Positions 1 through 12,800 are shown, counted from the first letter of the stretch. The stretch: 64,000 nucleotides of DNA from Torpedo marmorata (GCA_977017645.1 OZ360219.1:158596001-158660000), one strand, 5' to 3'. Numbers and translations are program-made. Notes: generated from the letters alone by a model not told the origin.

Positions 1-40
1 CCTTCTCTTGTTGGGTTCCTTTCTTGCTCCAAATAGTATA

Positions 41-266
41 CAGCAAAACCTCTGTTATCTAGAATTCAAGCAACTGGCAGCCTTAAGCAACTGGCAAAAA
101 AAAAAAAATCACAGAAAATAAATAGGTGCAAATTACGGAGGTTTAAAATTGTCATGCCTCGCCGTTAGTTTGCCAATCATGCAACACGAAATCTCAAGCA
201 ACCGTAAAATTCACTTATCCAGCATCTACCAATCCCCATAGGTGCTGGATACCAAGGGATTTACTG
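41..266. mobile_element. Tc1/mariner-pogo (Tigger-like) MITE
   Basis: Imperfect TIRs CAGCAAAACCTCTGTTATCTAG / CTGGATACCAAGGGATTTACTG, flanked by TA on both sides. Confidence 0.7.
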
Positions 267-1014
267 TATTAAGATAAAAAAAAAACTGAATTGACAGTTG
301 CAGAATCGGCAGTGATAAATCTTGTGTAAAATCCACCCGGAAATTCTAAAATGACAAAATTTAACTGTCACAAACGTCAAATAAAATGCCGTCAGCAATG
401 CTTTAATAAGCCCTATCCCCAAAATCAGATGGCAGGATAGGCAAATCAATGTAGGCTTCCTCTCCCAGGCCAAGCACTCCAGTATAAATGTTCTGTACAT
501 GTTGATCCAGCTCTTGTGGGTGGGTGGGCCACACCGTATATGTGTCTGAAACCAGACGCCTGAGAGAATCATTTTATTCCAAGTTCCTTCAAGACAATAG
601 ATTTCAAGGAGAACAGCAAAAATGCTTCATGGATGTTTTCAAATTGTCTTTGAAATAATGTAATAACTTCACCAACTCATCGGAACCCTTCCCCGTGACT
701 GCTCAAAATGGAGAAGGAGCATCCTCGAAGACATTGAGAACCTGGAGTCATTACAGCAGATGGAGACTATGCTCAAAAAAGCAGAAGGTGGGCACTGCAT
801 CCCAAATAACCCAAATCTACTTGCCATAAATCCATTAGGACAAAGGCTCAATTTCCTCAGTTCATTATCCGTGTGAGAACATATTTAAAAAAATTGTTAT
901 TTCTCAACATGTTTGAAATTGAAGGTCCAAGATTGGCAATTTTTTTAATGATATATAAAATTGTGAGATATTCAACAAAATCAGTAATAAACACTATGAA
1001 GATGCCTTGCTCTT

Positions 1015-4000
1015 ATTTTTTTTTTTTTTTTTTTTAATATTTTATTTAAAATTTTAAATCACACAATTCATAGTATAAATGCAAAATTATCAAAATACAT
1101 GTGATACATTTTCACCCCCCCTTCCTCCCTCCCTCCCCTCCCTAATCCTCCCACCCCTACTAATCTACTAAAATAGAAAAGAAAGAAAGAAAAAAAAAGA
1201 AAAAGATAAAGTAAGGAGAATGTCAATCTAAAAAAGAACAACTATAAGCTGATTTTATTGTGGAAGATAGGTTCGCCAGTCAGATCTGATATCCAGAGAT
1301 CTTCAAATCTTTAAACCGACAGTTTTTATATATGGGCTCCATATTTTCAAAAAGAAATAATATTTATTACGCAGATTATAAGTAATTTTTTCAAGTGGTA
1401 TAGCTGCACGAAGTTCTGCATGCCATCTTTCTAACCCTAAATCTACATCAGATTTCCAAGTAATAGCAATACATTTCTTAGAAACAGTTAAAGCAATTCG
1501 CAAAAATTCTATTTGATACAATAGACAATAGACAATAGGAGCTGGAGTAGGCCCTTCGGCCCGTCGAGCCAGCACCGCCATTTTACAGATCATGGCTGAT
1601 CACTACTATCAGTACCCCTTACCAGCCTTATCCCCATAACCCTTAAATCCTCTGCCCATTAGAGTCTTATCTAACTCTCTTTTGAACATAATCAGCGAAT
1701 CTGCCTCTACCACCCTCTGTGGCAGAGCATTCCACAGATTCACACTTCTCTGGCTAAAGAAATTTTTTCTCATCTCCGTCCTAAAGGGCCTTCCCTGAAT
1801 TCTTAAACTATGCCCTCTAGTCCTCGTCTCTCCCATCATTGGGAACAAGTAATCTGACTTCACCCTGTCTATCCCCTTGATAATTTTGTAAACCTCAATC
1901 ATATCCCCCCTCATCCTCCTAAACTCCATCGAATATAAGTCCAGTTTTTATAACCTTTCAGCATATGTCAACCCTGCCATTCCTGGAACTAACCTTGTAA
2001 ATCTGCGCTGCACACCCTCTATAGCTAGTATGTCCTTCCTCAAATTTGGAGACCAGAACTGGACGCAATACTCCAGGTGGGGTCTCACCAGGGCCCTGTA
2101 CAACTGCAGAAGGGCGTCTCTGCTCCTATAGTCCAATCCCCTCTTTATGAAAGCCAACATGCCATTTGCCTTCTTCACAGCTTTCTGTACCTGCATGTTA
2201 GCCTTCAGTGACTGGTGAACAAGTACACCCAGATCCATTTGCACTTCCCCACTCCCTAGCTTGTCACCATTTAGATAATACTCTGCTTTCCTATTACTGC
2301 CCCCAAAATGGATAACCTCACATTTGCTCACATTGAACTTCATTTTCCATTCTTCAGCCCACTCCCCCAACCTGTCCAAGTCCCTCTGCATTTTCCTGAC
2401 ATCCTCTTCACACTTTACACCGCCACCCAGTTTAGTGTCATCTGCAAATTTACTCAAGTTATTAATAATCCCATCATCCAAATCATTTACATAAATGACA
2501 AACAACTGAGGACCCAACACCGATCCCTGCGGCACTCCACTCGTCACATCCTGCCATCCTGAAAAAGACCCGCTTACCCCAACCCTTTGTTTCCTATTTC
2601 TTAACCAATTTCCTATCCACGTCAGCACCTTACCATCAATACCATGCTCCCTGATCTTGCCCACTAGTCTCCCGTGCGGTACCTTATCAAAGGCCTTCTG
2701 GAAGTCCAAATACACCACATCCACTGGCTCTCCCAAGTCCACCCTCTTTGTCACATCTTCAAAAAATTCCAGAAGGTTAGTCAAGCATGACTTACCCTTA
2801 AGGAATCCATGCTGACTAGCCCTTATACTATTATTTCTTCCTAAGTGTTCTGCTATTACTCCTTTTATGATGGATTCCAATATCTTCCCCACCACTGACG
2901 TCAGGCTGACTGGTCTATAATTACCCGTTTTTTCCCTCCCTCCCTTCTTAAAAAGCGGCACCACATCAGCCACTCTCCAATCCACAGGTACCTCCCCCGA
3001 ATCTATGGAGCTTTGGAAAATGTCGACCAGTGCCTCCACAATTTCCAGAGCAACCTCTTTAAGCACCCTGGGATGCAGCCCATCAGGCCCTGGGGATTTA
3101 TCAGCCCTCAGTCCCAACAATTTACTCTCAACCTCCTGCTTCTGGATCCTAATATCTATCAGATTCCCTACTTCCCCAGGAAAGTTCCCCCAGTCTCCTG
3201 ATACCGCATGACCACTACCCCCTAACTGACCATCACCTATATCTTCCTTGGTGAAGACAGATGCAAAGTATTTGTTAAATTCCTCAGCCATTTCCTTGTT
3301 TTCAGTAATAATTTCACCCTTTTCCATTCTTAATGGACCAATTTTTTTATATTTAATTTCATCTTAATACTAATTCTTTTAATATCTCCAAACAAAAATA
3401 TCATAGGATCCATTGGAAGTGTAATTCTTAATAATTTGTCTAAAAATTTTTTAACTTTCAACCAAAAATCATATATCTTTGGACAAAGCCATGTAGAGTG
3501 TACAAAAGAACCTTCCTCTTTATTACATCTAAAACATAAACCTGATGATGTCAGATTAAATTTCTTTAATTACTTAGGTGTTAGATATAATTGATGAAAA
3601 AATTTATATTGCACTAACCTATATCTAACGTTAATAATCTTCGTCATACTTTGTTTACATAGTTCTTTCCAATGTTCTTCATCTATTGTTACATTGAGAT
3701 CAGATTCCCATTTTAATCTTGATTTACAAATTCCTAATTTATGCATTTTTCTCTGTAACAATCTATACATTTGAGAAATAAATTTATTTACACCTCCATT
3801 AGTAACTAATAATTCCAGTTCACTTTTTCTTGGTAAAGTGAAACTATAACCCAACCTTTCAACTAAAAATGCTCTAATTTGATAATAAGAAAAAAGTGTA
3901 TTATTTAATATATTAAACTTTTCTTTCATTCTTTGAAAAGTAATAAATTTACTAGCTTCAAAACAATCATTTATTTTCTTAATTCCCTTTTGGAATCAAA

Positions 4001-4140
4001 TTTTAAATAATTGATTATCAACAGTAAATGGAATGTTTATTTTGATATAAAGGCATTTTTTGAGAAATTAACCCTTTCCCTCCTATCTCCCTATCCACTC
4101 TATTCCATATTTCTAACAAATGTTTAAAAATAGGAGAGTA
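1015..4140 (-). mobile_element. 5'-truncated L1 (ORF2 C-terminus, 3'UTR, poly(A)), split by a CR1
   Basis: Poly(T) at ~1016-1035; ORF2 peptides in ORFs 1303-1593 and 3570-3929; TSD ATGCCTTGCTCTT at 1002-1014 and 4141-4153. Confidence 0.9.
1518..3347 (-). mobile_element. 5'-truncated CR1 LINE nested in L1
   Basis: ORF 1948-3327 has KSPGPDG, YLDFQKAFDKV, GVPQGSVLGP, KFADD; ORF 1609-1929 is the C-terminus; (CTATTGT)n tail; L1 sequence resumes on both sides. Confidence 0.93.
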
Positions 4141-4310
4141 ATGCCTTGCTCTTTGATGGGAACAGTGAAGATGAAAGGTTAGCTCCTTGACACCCAAATA
4201 TTAGATTGCAACTTTTATGTACAAAATACTACAAGTCAATTAACCCAATGAATTGACACATCAGCATCTGAAATAATCGCTGTTATTTTACATAATTCCA
4301 CATTTACTGG

Positions 4311-4534
4311 TGTGGTAAACCACTGTATATGTATTGTGGGCTGGTGATAGGTTTGGACATGCCCTGCTGACTGTCCCGGTGGCTCCTCCCACAAACCCCC
4401 TTGAATAAAGGCCATAGTCCTCCCCCAGTCCGGGACAGATCATCAGCTCGAATGTAGCTCCATTCTATAACTAATAAAAGCCTTTCAGTTCATATACAAC
4501 TTCCAGTCTTTTGGAGTTATTGATGGGCGTATCA
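4311..4534 (+). repeat. 5' LTR
   Basis: TGTGGTAAAC...GGCGTATCA; by eye differs from the 3' LTR by a 9-bp indel and one substitution. Confidence 0.95.
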
Positions 4535-4556
4535 ATTTTATTAGTTATAGTGTAAA

Positions 4557-5477
4557 ATGGAGAGCGTTCTGAGACCAGACAAACTGGACATCAATCCGCA
4601 GGCACCGGACGCCAGTAACGCCTTCGAACTCTGGCTAGTCTGCTTTGAGTCGTTTCTAAGGGCGATCAAAGTGCAGGACGAAGACGAAAAACGCATGGTC
4701 CTCATCTCTAGGTTAAGCCCACGAGTTTACTCAACGATCCGCGACTTTCAGACCTACGTGGACGCGATGGATGCATTAAAACGGCTGTATATAATGCCTG
4801 TGAACTCGGTATACGCGAGGCACAGGCTAACGACGCGGCAGCAGCGGCCCGGGGAGTCAATCACAGAATTTGTACGGGACATACAGACACTCGTGCGGGC
4901 ATGCGACTGCAAGGGGCTGACGGCTGAGCAGCACGCAGAGCTGCTTGGAAGAGACACCTTTGTAACGGGGATCAGGTCAGTGTACGTGCGCCAGCGACTG
5001 CTGGAGCATGCTGACCTGACCTTCCGTTCTGCCGTTCAACTGGCCCATATGCTGGAGGGCGCGCTTCGGAACTCGGACGCTATGCAAGCGCGCGACCTCC
5101 AGCAGGACCCGTGGATGCCACCGACCCCCAACCCTACTAGCGACCCGACTACCGCCGCCACCAGCCGCGACCCGACTACCGCCGCCATCAGCCGCGAGCC
5201 CAAGAAATGTTATTTCTGCGGGCTCGAGAAGCACCCCCGAAAACGCTGCCCGGCCCGAGAAGCGACCTGCTCCAGCTGCGGTAAGAAAGGCCACTTCGCG
5301 AAGGCCTGCCGCTCAAAGCCACGAGCGGGTTCGAGCAGCGCTGCGTGCGAGATTCGGGGGCGGCCATCTTACCTGTCATCACTTCCAGCGTCCTACCTAC
5401 CCGCCGCTGCCAACACGTGCGAAGAATGGGGGCAGCCATCTTGGACCTCGGCACTTCCGGCGCCGCCATCTTACTGA
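4557..5477 (+). CDS. gag: Gypsy Gag with zinc knuckles
   Basis: CYFCGLEKHPRKRC and CSSCGKKGHFAKAC; RQQRPGESITEF capsid-type motif. Confidence 0.88.
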   Translation: MESVLRPDKLDINPQAPDASNAFELWLVCFESFLRAIKVQDEDEKRMVLISRLSPRVYSTIRDFQTYVDAMDALKRLYIMPVNSVYARHRLTTRQQRPGESITEFVRDIQTLVRACDCKGLTAEQHAELLGRDTFVTGIRSVYVRQRLLEHADLTFRSAVQLAHMLEGALRNSDAMQARDLQQDPWMPPTPNPTSDPTTAATSRDPTTAAISREPKKCYFCGLEKHPRKRCPAREATCSSCGKKGHFAKACRSKPRAGSSSAACEIRGRPSYLSSLPASYLPAAANTCEEWGQPSWTSALPAPPSY

Positions 5478-8443
5478 CCCGACGCTTCACTTCCGGCGCC
5501 GCCATCTTACTGCCCCGACACGAATACGTGCGACCCACGGAGGCGGCCATTTTCTTCCACTCCAACGAGCCGATCCATCGCAACATTGGATCAAGACTAC
5601 GACCTAACACTGACGTCAGTGACACTCGACCAAAGTGCACCCCATCAACTATCAAGGTCAATGATGGACATCCTGGTCGGAGGACACAGGACAAACTGTC
5701 TGTTCGACACAGGCAGCACAGAGAGCTTTATCCACCCTGACACAGTGCAGCGCTGTGGCCTCGCAACACTGCCGGTAAGCCAAAGGGTTGCCATGGCTTC
5801 CGGGTCGCACACAACAGACATCCGGGGGGGTTGTGTAGCGACGATAGTAGTACAGGGCACGGAATACCAGGACTTCGCACTATTAATCATGCCCCGACTG
5901 TGTGCGCCTGTACTACTAGGACTTGATTTCCAGAGTCACCTCCAGAGCGTTACCATGCAATATGACGGGCCCCTCCCAGCGATTATCGTTGGTAACCACC
6001 AGTACCTCAAAAACACATCCCAAACTACCTGCGGCCTATCCACCCTCAAGATACCGCCCCCATCGCTATTCGCCAACCTGACCTCTGACTGTAAACCTGT
6101 GGCGACCAAAAGCAGGCGATACAGCGCAGGGGACAAGGCATTTATCAAGTCAGAGGTGAGGCGATTACTTGGGGAGGGGATCATCGAACCAAGCACAAGT
6201 CCCTGGAGGGCCCAGGTAGTCGTAGTAAAGAATGGGAGCAAAAATAGGATGGTGGTGGATTATAGCCAGACTATTAATAGGTTCACGCAGCTGGACGCGT
6301 ACCCTCTGCCACGCATTGCGGATATGGTTAACCAGATAGCGCAATATAAGATCTTTTCCACCATAGAGCTCAAATCTGCCTACCACCAGCTCCCCATTCG
6401 CCGAGAGGACCGCACTTACACTGCCTTTGAGGCGGACGGCAGGCTCTATCATTTCCTGCGCGTCCCCTTGGGGGTCACAAATGGGGTGTCCGTCTTCCAG
6501 AGGGAGATGGACAGGATGGTGGACCAGCGCAATTTAAAAGCCACTTTCCCGTATTTGGACAATATTACCACCTGCGGTCACGATCGCCAGGACCACGACA
6601 ACAACCTTCGGAAGTTCCTCCAGGCGGCCGAAGCACTTAATCTCACCTACAACAGGGATAAGTGCGTGTTCGGGACCACCCGACTCGCTATCCTGGGGTG
6701 TGTTGTGGAAAACGGGGTCATCGGCCCGACCCTGACCGCATGCGCCCCCTGTTGGAACTACCGCTTCCCCACACCCTCAAAGCCCTCAAAAGGTGCTTGG
6801 GCTTCTTTTCCTACTATGCCCAATGGGTCCCTAATTACGCAGATAAGGCCCGCCCCCTAGTCAAGTCCACCACTTTTCCCCTTGCAACGGAGGCACGTGA
6901 GGCTTTCAGCCTCATAAAAGGGGACATTGCCAGAGCAGCAATGCATGTGGTAGACGAGTCCACTCCCTTCCAGGTAGAGAGTGACGCGTCCGACTTCGCA
7001 CTGGCTGCTACCCTCAACCAGGCGGGAAGACCGGTGGCGTTCTTCTCCCGTACCCTTCAAGGCCCAGAAATTCGGCACTCCGCGGTGGAGAAAGAGGCCC
7101 AAGCCATAGTGGAAGCTATCAGGCACTGGAGGCACTATCTCGCCGGCAAAAGGTTTACTCTGCTGACTGACCAACGCTCAGTAGCGTTTATGTTCAACAA
7201 TCAGCAGCGGGGTAAAATAAAAAATGATAAAATCCTGAGGTGGAGAATCGAACTCTCCACCTACAACTACGATATAATGTACCGGCCCGGGAAGCTCAAT
7301 GAGCCCCCCGATGCTCTATCCTGAGGGACGTGCGCTAGCGCACAGATCGACCGGTTGTATGCCCTCCACTGTGACCTCTGCCACCCCGGAGTTACCAGGC
7401 TGTTTCATTTTGTGAAGGCCCGTAACCTACCCTACTCCCTAGAAGAGGTCAGGACAATGACCAGCAGCTGCCAGGTCTGCGCGGAGTGCAAACCGCACTT
7501 CTACCGCCCTGACAGGGCACAGCTGGTTAAGGCCACCCGCCCTTTTGAGCGACTCAGCATCGATTTCAAGGGTCCCCTCCCCTCCACCGTCCGCAACGTG
7601 TACTTTCTCAACATGATTGATGAGTACTCGCGGTTCCCTTTCGCTATTCCCTGCCCCGATACCTCGGCCACCTCCGTCATAAAAGCTCTTCGGAAAATAT
7701 TTACCTTGTTTGGTTTCCCCTGCTATATACATAGCGACCGGGGGTCCTCGTTTATGAGCAAGGAGCTGAGACAATACCTGCTGGCCAGGGGCATTGCCAC
7801 TAGCAGGACCACGAGCTACAATCCACGGGGTAACAGACAGGTGGAAAGGGAGAACGCCACTGTCTGGAAGGCCACTCTCTTAGCCCTCAAGTCTAAGGGA
7901 CTGCCAGTCTCCCGCTGGCAAGAAGTCCTTCCCGAGTCCCTCCATTCCATCCGATCCCTACTATGTACGTCCACCAATGCGACTCCTCATGAGAGACTCT
8001 TTTCTTTCCCTAGGAAATCGACCACCGGGACTACCCTACCAGCATCGCTGACGTCCCCAGGACCAGTGCTGCTCCGCAAACACCTTAGGAGCAATAAATA
8101 CGCACCAATGGTCGAGAGGGTCCAGTTAGTCCATGCCAACCCCCAGTACGCCTACGTGGTCTTCCCTGATGGGTGGGAAGACACCGTCTCCATACGGGAC
8201 CTAGCGCCCGCAGGAGCGCCGGAAACTGCCCTCAAACACCCCCTTGTTACAATTACCCATCCCAGCACGACACCACACCCACCAGCACTTTCACCGTCAC
8301 CGGACGTTCCGGTACCCCAAATCAGGCAGGAGGCAGCTCAGCCGCCTGCCCCATCACCACAACTACTATCGCCTGCCCCATCACCACAAGTACTGCGCAG
8401 ATCGCAACGCCGGACTCGACCGCCTGATCGACTTGATCTTTAA
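5478..8443 (+). pseudogene. pol: Gypsy Pol (PR, RT, RNase H, IN) with one frameshift near 6725 and a stop at 7322-7324
   Basis: LFDTGS; RT YLDN; ESDASD and EKEAQA; H..H..CQVC; IN SIDFKG, HSDRGS, VEREN. Confidence 0.92.
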
Positions 8444-8560
8444 CTGTAATATATCTTTGTAACGTTTTATTATCGATCTTCGACTGTAATATATATTTTT
8501 CTGTAACGTGTTATTAGTGTTCACTTCACCCCGCTGGACTCTTTTAAAAGGAGGGGTGAA

Positions 8561-8793
8561 TGTGGTAAACCACTGTATATGTATTGTGGGCTGGTGATAG
8601 GTTTGGACATGCCCTGCTGACTGTCCCGGTGGCTCCTCCCACAAACCCCCTTGAATAAAGGCCATAGTGTCACAACTCCTCCCCCAGTCCGGGACAGATC
8701 ATCAGCTCGAATGTAGCTCCATTCTATAACTAATAAAAGCCTTTCAGTTCATATACAACTTCCAGTCCTTTGGAGTTATTGATGGGCGTATCA
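8561..8793 (+). repeat. 3' LTR
   Basis: Direct repeat of 4311-4534, preceded by PPT AAAAGGAGGGGTGAA. Confidence 0.95.
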
Positions 8794-9755
8794 ATTGGCA
8801 TCTGCAAATACTGCAAATATAATCCAGTTCAGAAGCATTCAGACTTTAGTCTATTCTACTTCAAGATAGATTTCACAAATTCAGGAGCAAATATGTGCAT
8901 TTTAATTTAAATCATAAATTTAAATCATAAAAGCAACACAAGTTTCCAAAAGTAGAAGAAAATAAACAAACCATGAAATAATGAAAAAAAATAAAATGCT
9001 GGAAATCTGAAATAAAGCAGAAAATGCTGGACATACTCAACAGGTCAGACAATATCCATGGAAAGAGAAACACTTTAATGCTTCATATCAAAGATCCATC
9101 ATCATAACAGGAAAAGTGACAAAACAAGCAGCTAAGTCATTAATTATTGCTCTCAAAGTAGAAGGTAGTACTACTCTCAGCCTTAGCTGATTCACCACCA
9201 CTGACACAACGACTCACTGCAACAATTGTGAAACCATTTCAGTTCCTTGCTTGAACACTAGTCATACTCTGTCCATCCTTTCAATGTCAAATTACTGACA
9301 CCTTTCAATATTAAGACCATGCACCTTGTCAGTGATCTTGAACACAGTCACTAAAATGTTCTTATTGATGATATTTAATGTGCACACCATACTTTCACCT
9401 CCAACAGCAGAGTTCTCATTCAGCAGCCATGACAGATAATCAGAAAGGTGTTCTCCCTGGAGCTCCACTCCTTGATTGTGTAGCCATGCTGCAATAGAAG
9501 GATTGCTCATCCTTATTTCCTCAATCCTCCTATAGTGGGTATTACTGGTTTGAGATCTTCTATGACTCATAGTGACTAATGATCTGTTTCTAATGTAAAG
9601 GATCTGTTGAATAAAAATTGAATTTCTTTGATTCCACAGACTGTTCCATAATGCTGCCTCCTTGATGCATGTAACTTTGCTCCTTCTGAGTTTGTGAGAA
9701 CTGAAAGTAACCTCCATCCATCATGTATCATAACACTGTGTCTTCAACATACCTT

Positions 9756-9994
9756 AGGGCAGCACGGTTAGCGCAACATTGTTACAGCGATCGGGACGGG
9801 GTTCAAATCCCGCGCTGTCTGTAAGGAGTTTGTACGTTCTCCCCGTGTCTGCGTGGGTTTCCTCTGGGTGCTCTGGTTTCCTCCCATTGTTCAAAACGTA
9901 CCAGGGATTGTAGGTCAATTGGATGTAATAGGGCGGCACGGGCTCGTGGGCCGAAAGGGCCTGTTACCATGCTGTATGTCTAAATTTAAATTTA
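9756..9994 (+). mobile_element. tRNA-derived V-SINE (HE1-like)
   Basis: tRNA-like head with GGTTCAAATCC B box; V-core CCCCGTGTCTGCGTGGGTTTCCTC; CR1-like 3' end GGGCCGAAAGGGCCTG; (TAAATT)n tail. Confidence 0.85.
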
Positions 9995-10703
9995 ATGTAT
10001 CAAATGCCAACTTCAATTCAATTGTGACATCATAATGAAAAAGAGCATAATTTCCCAAACTTTCCTTGGATACATGGATACCTTACAATACAAGGAACAA
10101 TATTCTCACAATTGTCATGACCTGCTTCTCAATTCATACCACAAACTTAGAGTTTTCAGCTATTTCTAACAGCTTTGAATTTAGCTCATCTTTTACTTTC
10201 TGAACATCATTTTTAAACAAGTCGTGATTTAACATGTTTCATGAGAAAAAATGTCAGAAGCTGTAGGTCTCTGAGTGAATCTCCACCAAAGGTACTGCTT
10301 CTTCACACTCTCTATTCACCTGGTTTTGGGTTCTGAAGTGAACACATTTTCTTTCAGTCTTCATGATATTGAGCAGGATCACACTAACGGCTTTCTGTTG
10401 TTTCTGTAGAGAATTGCCAGCCAGCTGCCGTGTGCGCGTTTTAGTGTAATTTGGCCTTTTACTACTATGCACTGAATGTTCTGAAGTTCAGATGTAAGCA
10501 CAACTGATTTCTCAGCCCATTCTGATAAATCAGGACTAAACACTTGAATATAATTGAATAACATTCAATCACTGCAAAATTTGAAGTCCATTTTTACATC
10601 TTATATTTGAATTTTCGTCATCACTGCAAACTTGCTTTATCAGTCATCCCAAGTAACATAAATGCCAGCATAGAATAATGTAAAAACACATGTTGTTAAT
10701 TTT

Positions 10704-10971
10704 TAAATTATTTTTTTATTTTAATTTAGACATACAGCATGGTAACAGGCCATTTCGGCCCACAAGCCCATGCTGCCCAATTTACACCCAATTAACCTAC
10801 AACCCCCGGTACATTTCGAACGGTGGCAGGAAACCGGAGCCCCCGGGGAAAACCCACGCAGACACGGGGAGAAGGTACAAACTCCTTACAGACAGCGTGG
10901 GATTCAAACCCCGGTCCCGATCGCTGGCGCTGTAACAGCGTTGCGCTAACCACTACGCTAACTGTGCCGCT
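10704..10971 (-). mobile_element. V-SINE copy
   Basis: Reverse-complement homologue of 9756-9994. Confidence 0.85.
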
Positions 10972-12050
10972 ACGTTAACAGTTCCAAATCTATTGTTGTG
11001 CATGCCAATGAATTATATAGGAGTGCAAAGTTATTTCAGGTACATAGATTGAAAAAGGATAGCAAATGATTCTGAAAACAGCTTGTTGAATCACTGATAA
11101 TTGAAATGGTTCACACATGATTCAAGTCTGAAAGTGACAAAAATGCAGTTTTTGTGATGAATGTAGTGATTTGATTATACAGTTTCTCTACAGATGAGGT
11201 ACTTCAACACATGCTTACTTAGAACGGTGCCTGTTTACTTATGCATAAGTCACACATTGAAATTACTTTGCACCTGTTTTGAAGTGTTTGTGCTCATTTG
11301 CTATTGAAGCACGATCAATCAGGAAATTGGACCATGCACTTCCTGTCACTCACCCAAGCTGGGTGTCAGTTCTCAGTTATATTTCACACATATGTGTACA
11401 GCTCATTTTAATTACTTAGCAACAAAAGTTGGATCAAGAGGTTGCAGCTTATGACCTCTATGAATAACACACACTCCCACAAAATTAAGAGTACATCATG
11501 TTGAAAGTAGTGAATTAAAGTGACCACACATCTCCTACCCTGGGACATTATTTTTAAAAGTGGAGAAAGCATCCCTGTATTTTTTCATACATAATTTCCA
11601 CTGTAAGTCCACTGTAAAGTGCTTCCTGCCACCCACAGTTTCCCTTGACTAGCCAAGTTGGTCCAACCTTTTCCAAGCAACTCATTTCAGGTATGAGTCC
11701 AGTAAGCCTTCTCCAAACTACCTCCAATGCATTACATCATTATCTAAGTAAACAAACCAATATTGTACAGATTTAATCTCACTGTTGTCTTTTATAACTG
11801 AAGTATAACACTGGACAATGAAAATTTTGCTTCGTGAACACTTTTAGGTGTATTTTATGGATTTGGGGCTGCTGATCATGAAAATCACCCTAGAATTTTC
11901 CTATCATGTACCGCTTTTTAGATATAACCATTTTTTGTGAATACCTGTCATATTTTAAGTCTACTTCAAGCGTACAAAACCATGAAGTGCAACATGTCAT
12001 TGAAAATTCATTTTCTGTATTCGCACTTGGACCTCTTCCCTGCTGATCTT

Positions 12051-12800
12051 CACAAGATCACAAGATATAGGAGCAGAAGTAGGCCCATTGGCCCATCGAG
12101 TCTGCTCCGAGGAACCCGCGGAAGCTGTGGGCTGCTGGAGACTGCTGTCGGGGGACTCACGCCAGGCTGCGGACTGCTGGAGGCTGGCTCGAACTGGCTG
12201 GAGGAGTACCAGGTATCGGAACCGGGATGCGAGGGGGTGCCGAGGGCGACCTGACCGTGTTGGAGGTTCGGATCTGGAGCTCGGGATGCCGATGGTTTGG
12301 ACTGGACTCTGTGTGGCTGCGGAGGCTGCGGAAGCGCTGGAGGCGAATCTATGGACACTTGGTGACTCTGGGGGAACTTTCTTTTGCTTCTCTTTCTCTG
12401 ACTGTAAGGAATGTTAGAGGCGCTTAGGCAATTTCTGCCGGTGGCGAATCTGTCTGCCTTGCAGCAGGCAAAAAGAAATTTCATGGAATATGACACTGTC
12501 TTATTACTATGACAATAAATTGAATCTTGAATCTTGAATCCATCCACTCAGCCCCACTCCCCAGCCTCTTCCCCATAACCCTTGATCCCCTCACTAATCA
12601 AATACCTGTCAATCTGCCTTAAGTACACCTAATGACCTTGCTATAAAAAGCCACCTGTGGCAACAAGTTCCACAGACTCACGGCCTTCTGACTAAAGACA
12701 TTTTACCACATCTCTATTTTAAATTGACACCCTTTTATTCTGAAATTATACACTCTTGTCTTAGAATCTCCTACCATGGGAAACATCCTTGCCACATCTT
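12051..12800 (-). mobile_element. CR1 3' fragment inside Chapaev3, itself interrupted
   Basis: (ATCTTGTG)n tail near 12051; CR1 3'UTR and ORF end continue at 12541-12800. Confidence 0.8.
12108..12539 (+). mobile_element. 5'-truncated GC-rich non-autonomous retroelement (copy A)
   Basis: Homologous to 14374-15220; ends GACAATAAAT(TGAATCT)n. Confidence 0.8.

Larger units (their letters stand above)
4311..8793 (+). mobile_element. Full-length Ty3/Gypsy LTR retrotransposon (young, mildly disabled)
   Basis: TG..CA LTRs at 4311-4534 and 8561-8793; flanks ACTGG/ATTGG (5-bp TSD, one mismatch); PPT at 8546-8560; domain order gag-PR-RT-RH-IN. Confidence 0.96.

Noticed and set aside
9292-9717. 141-aa minus-strand ORF as a host exon
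   Set aside because: No recognisable domain or convincing splice sites
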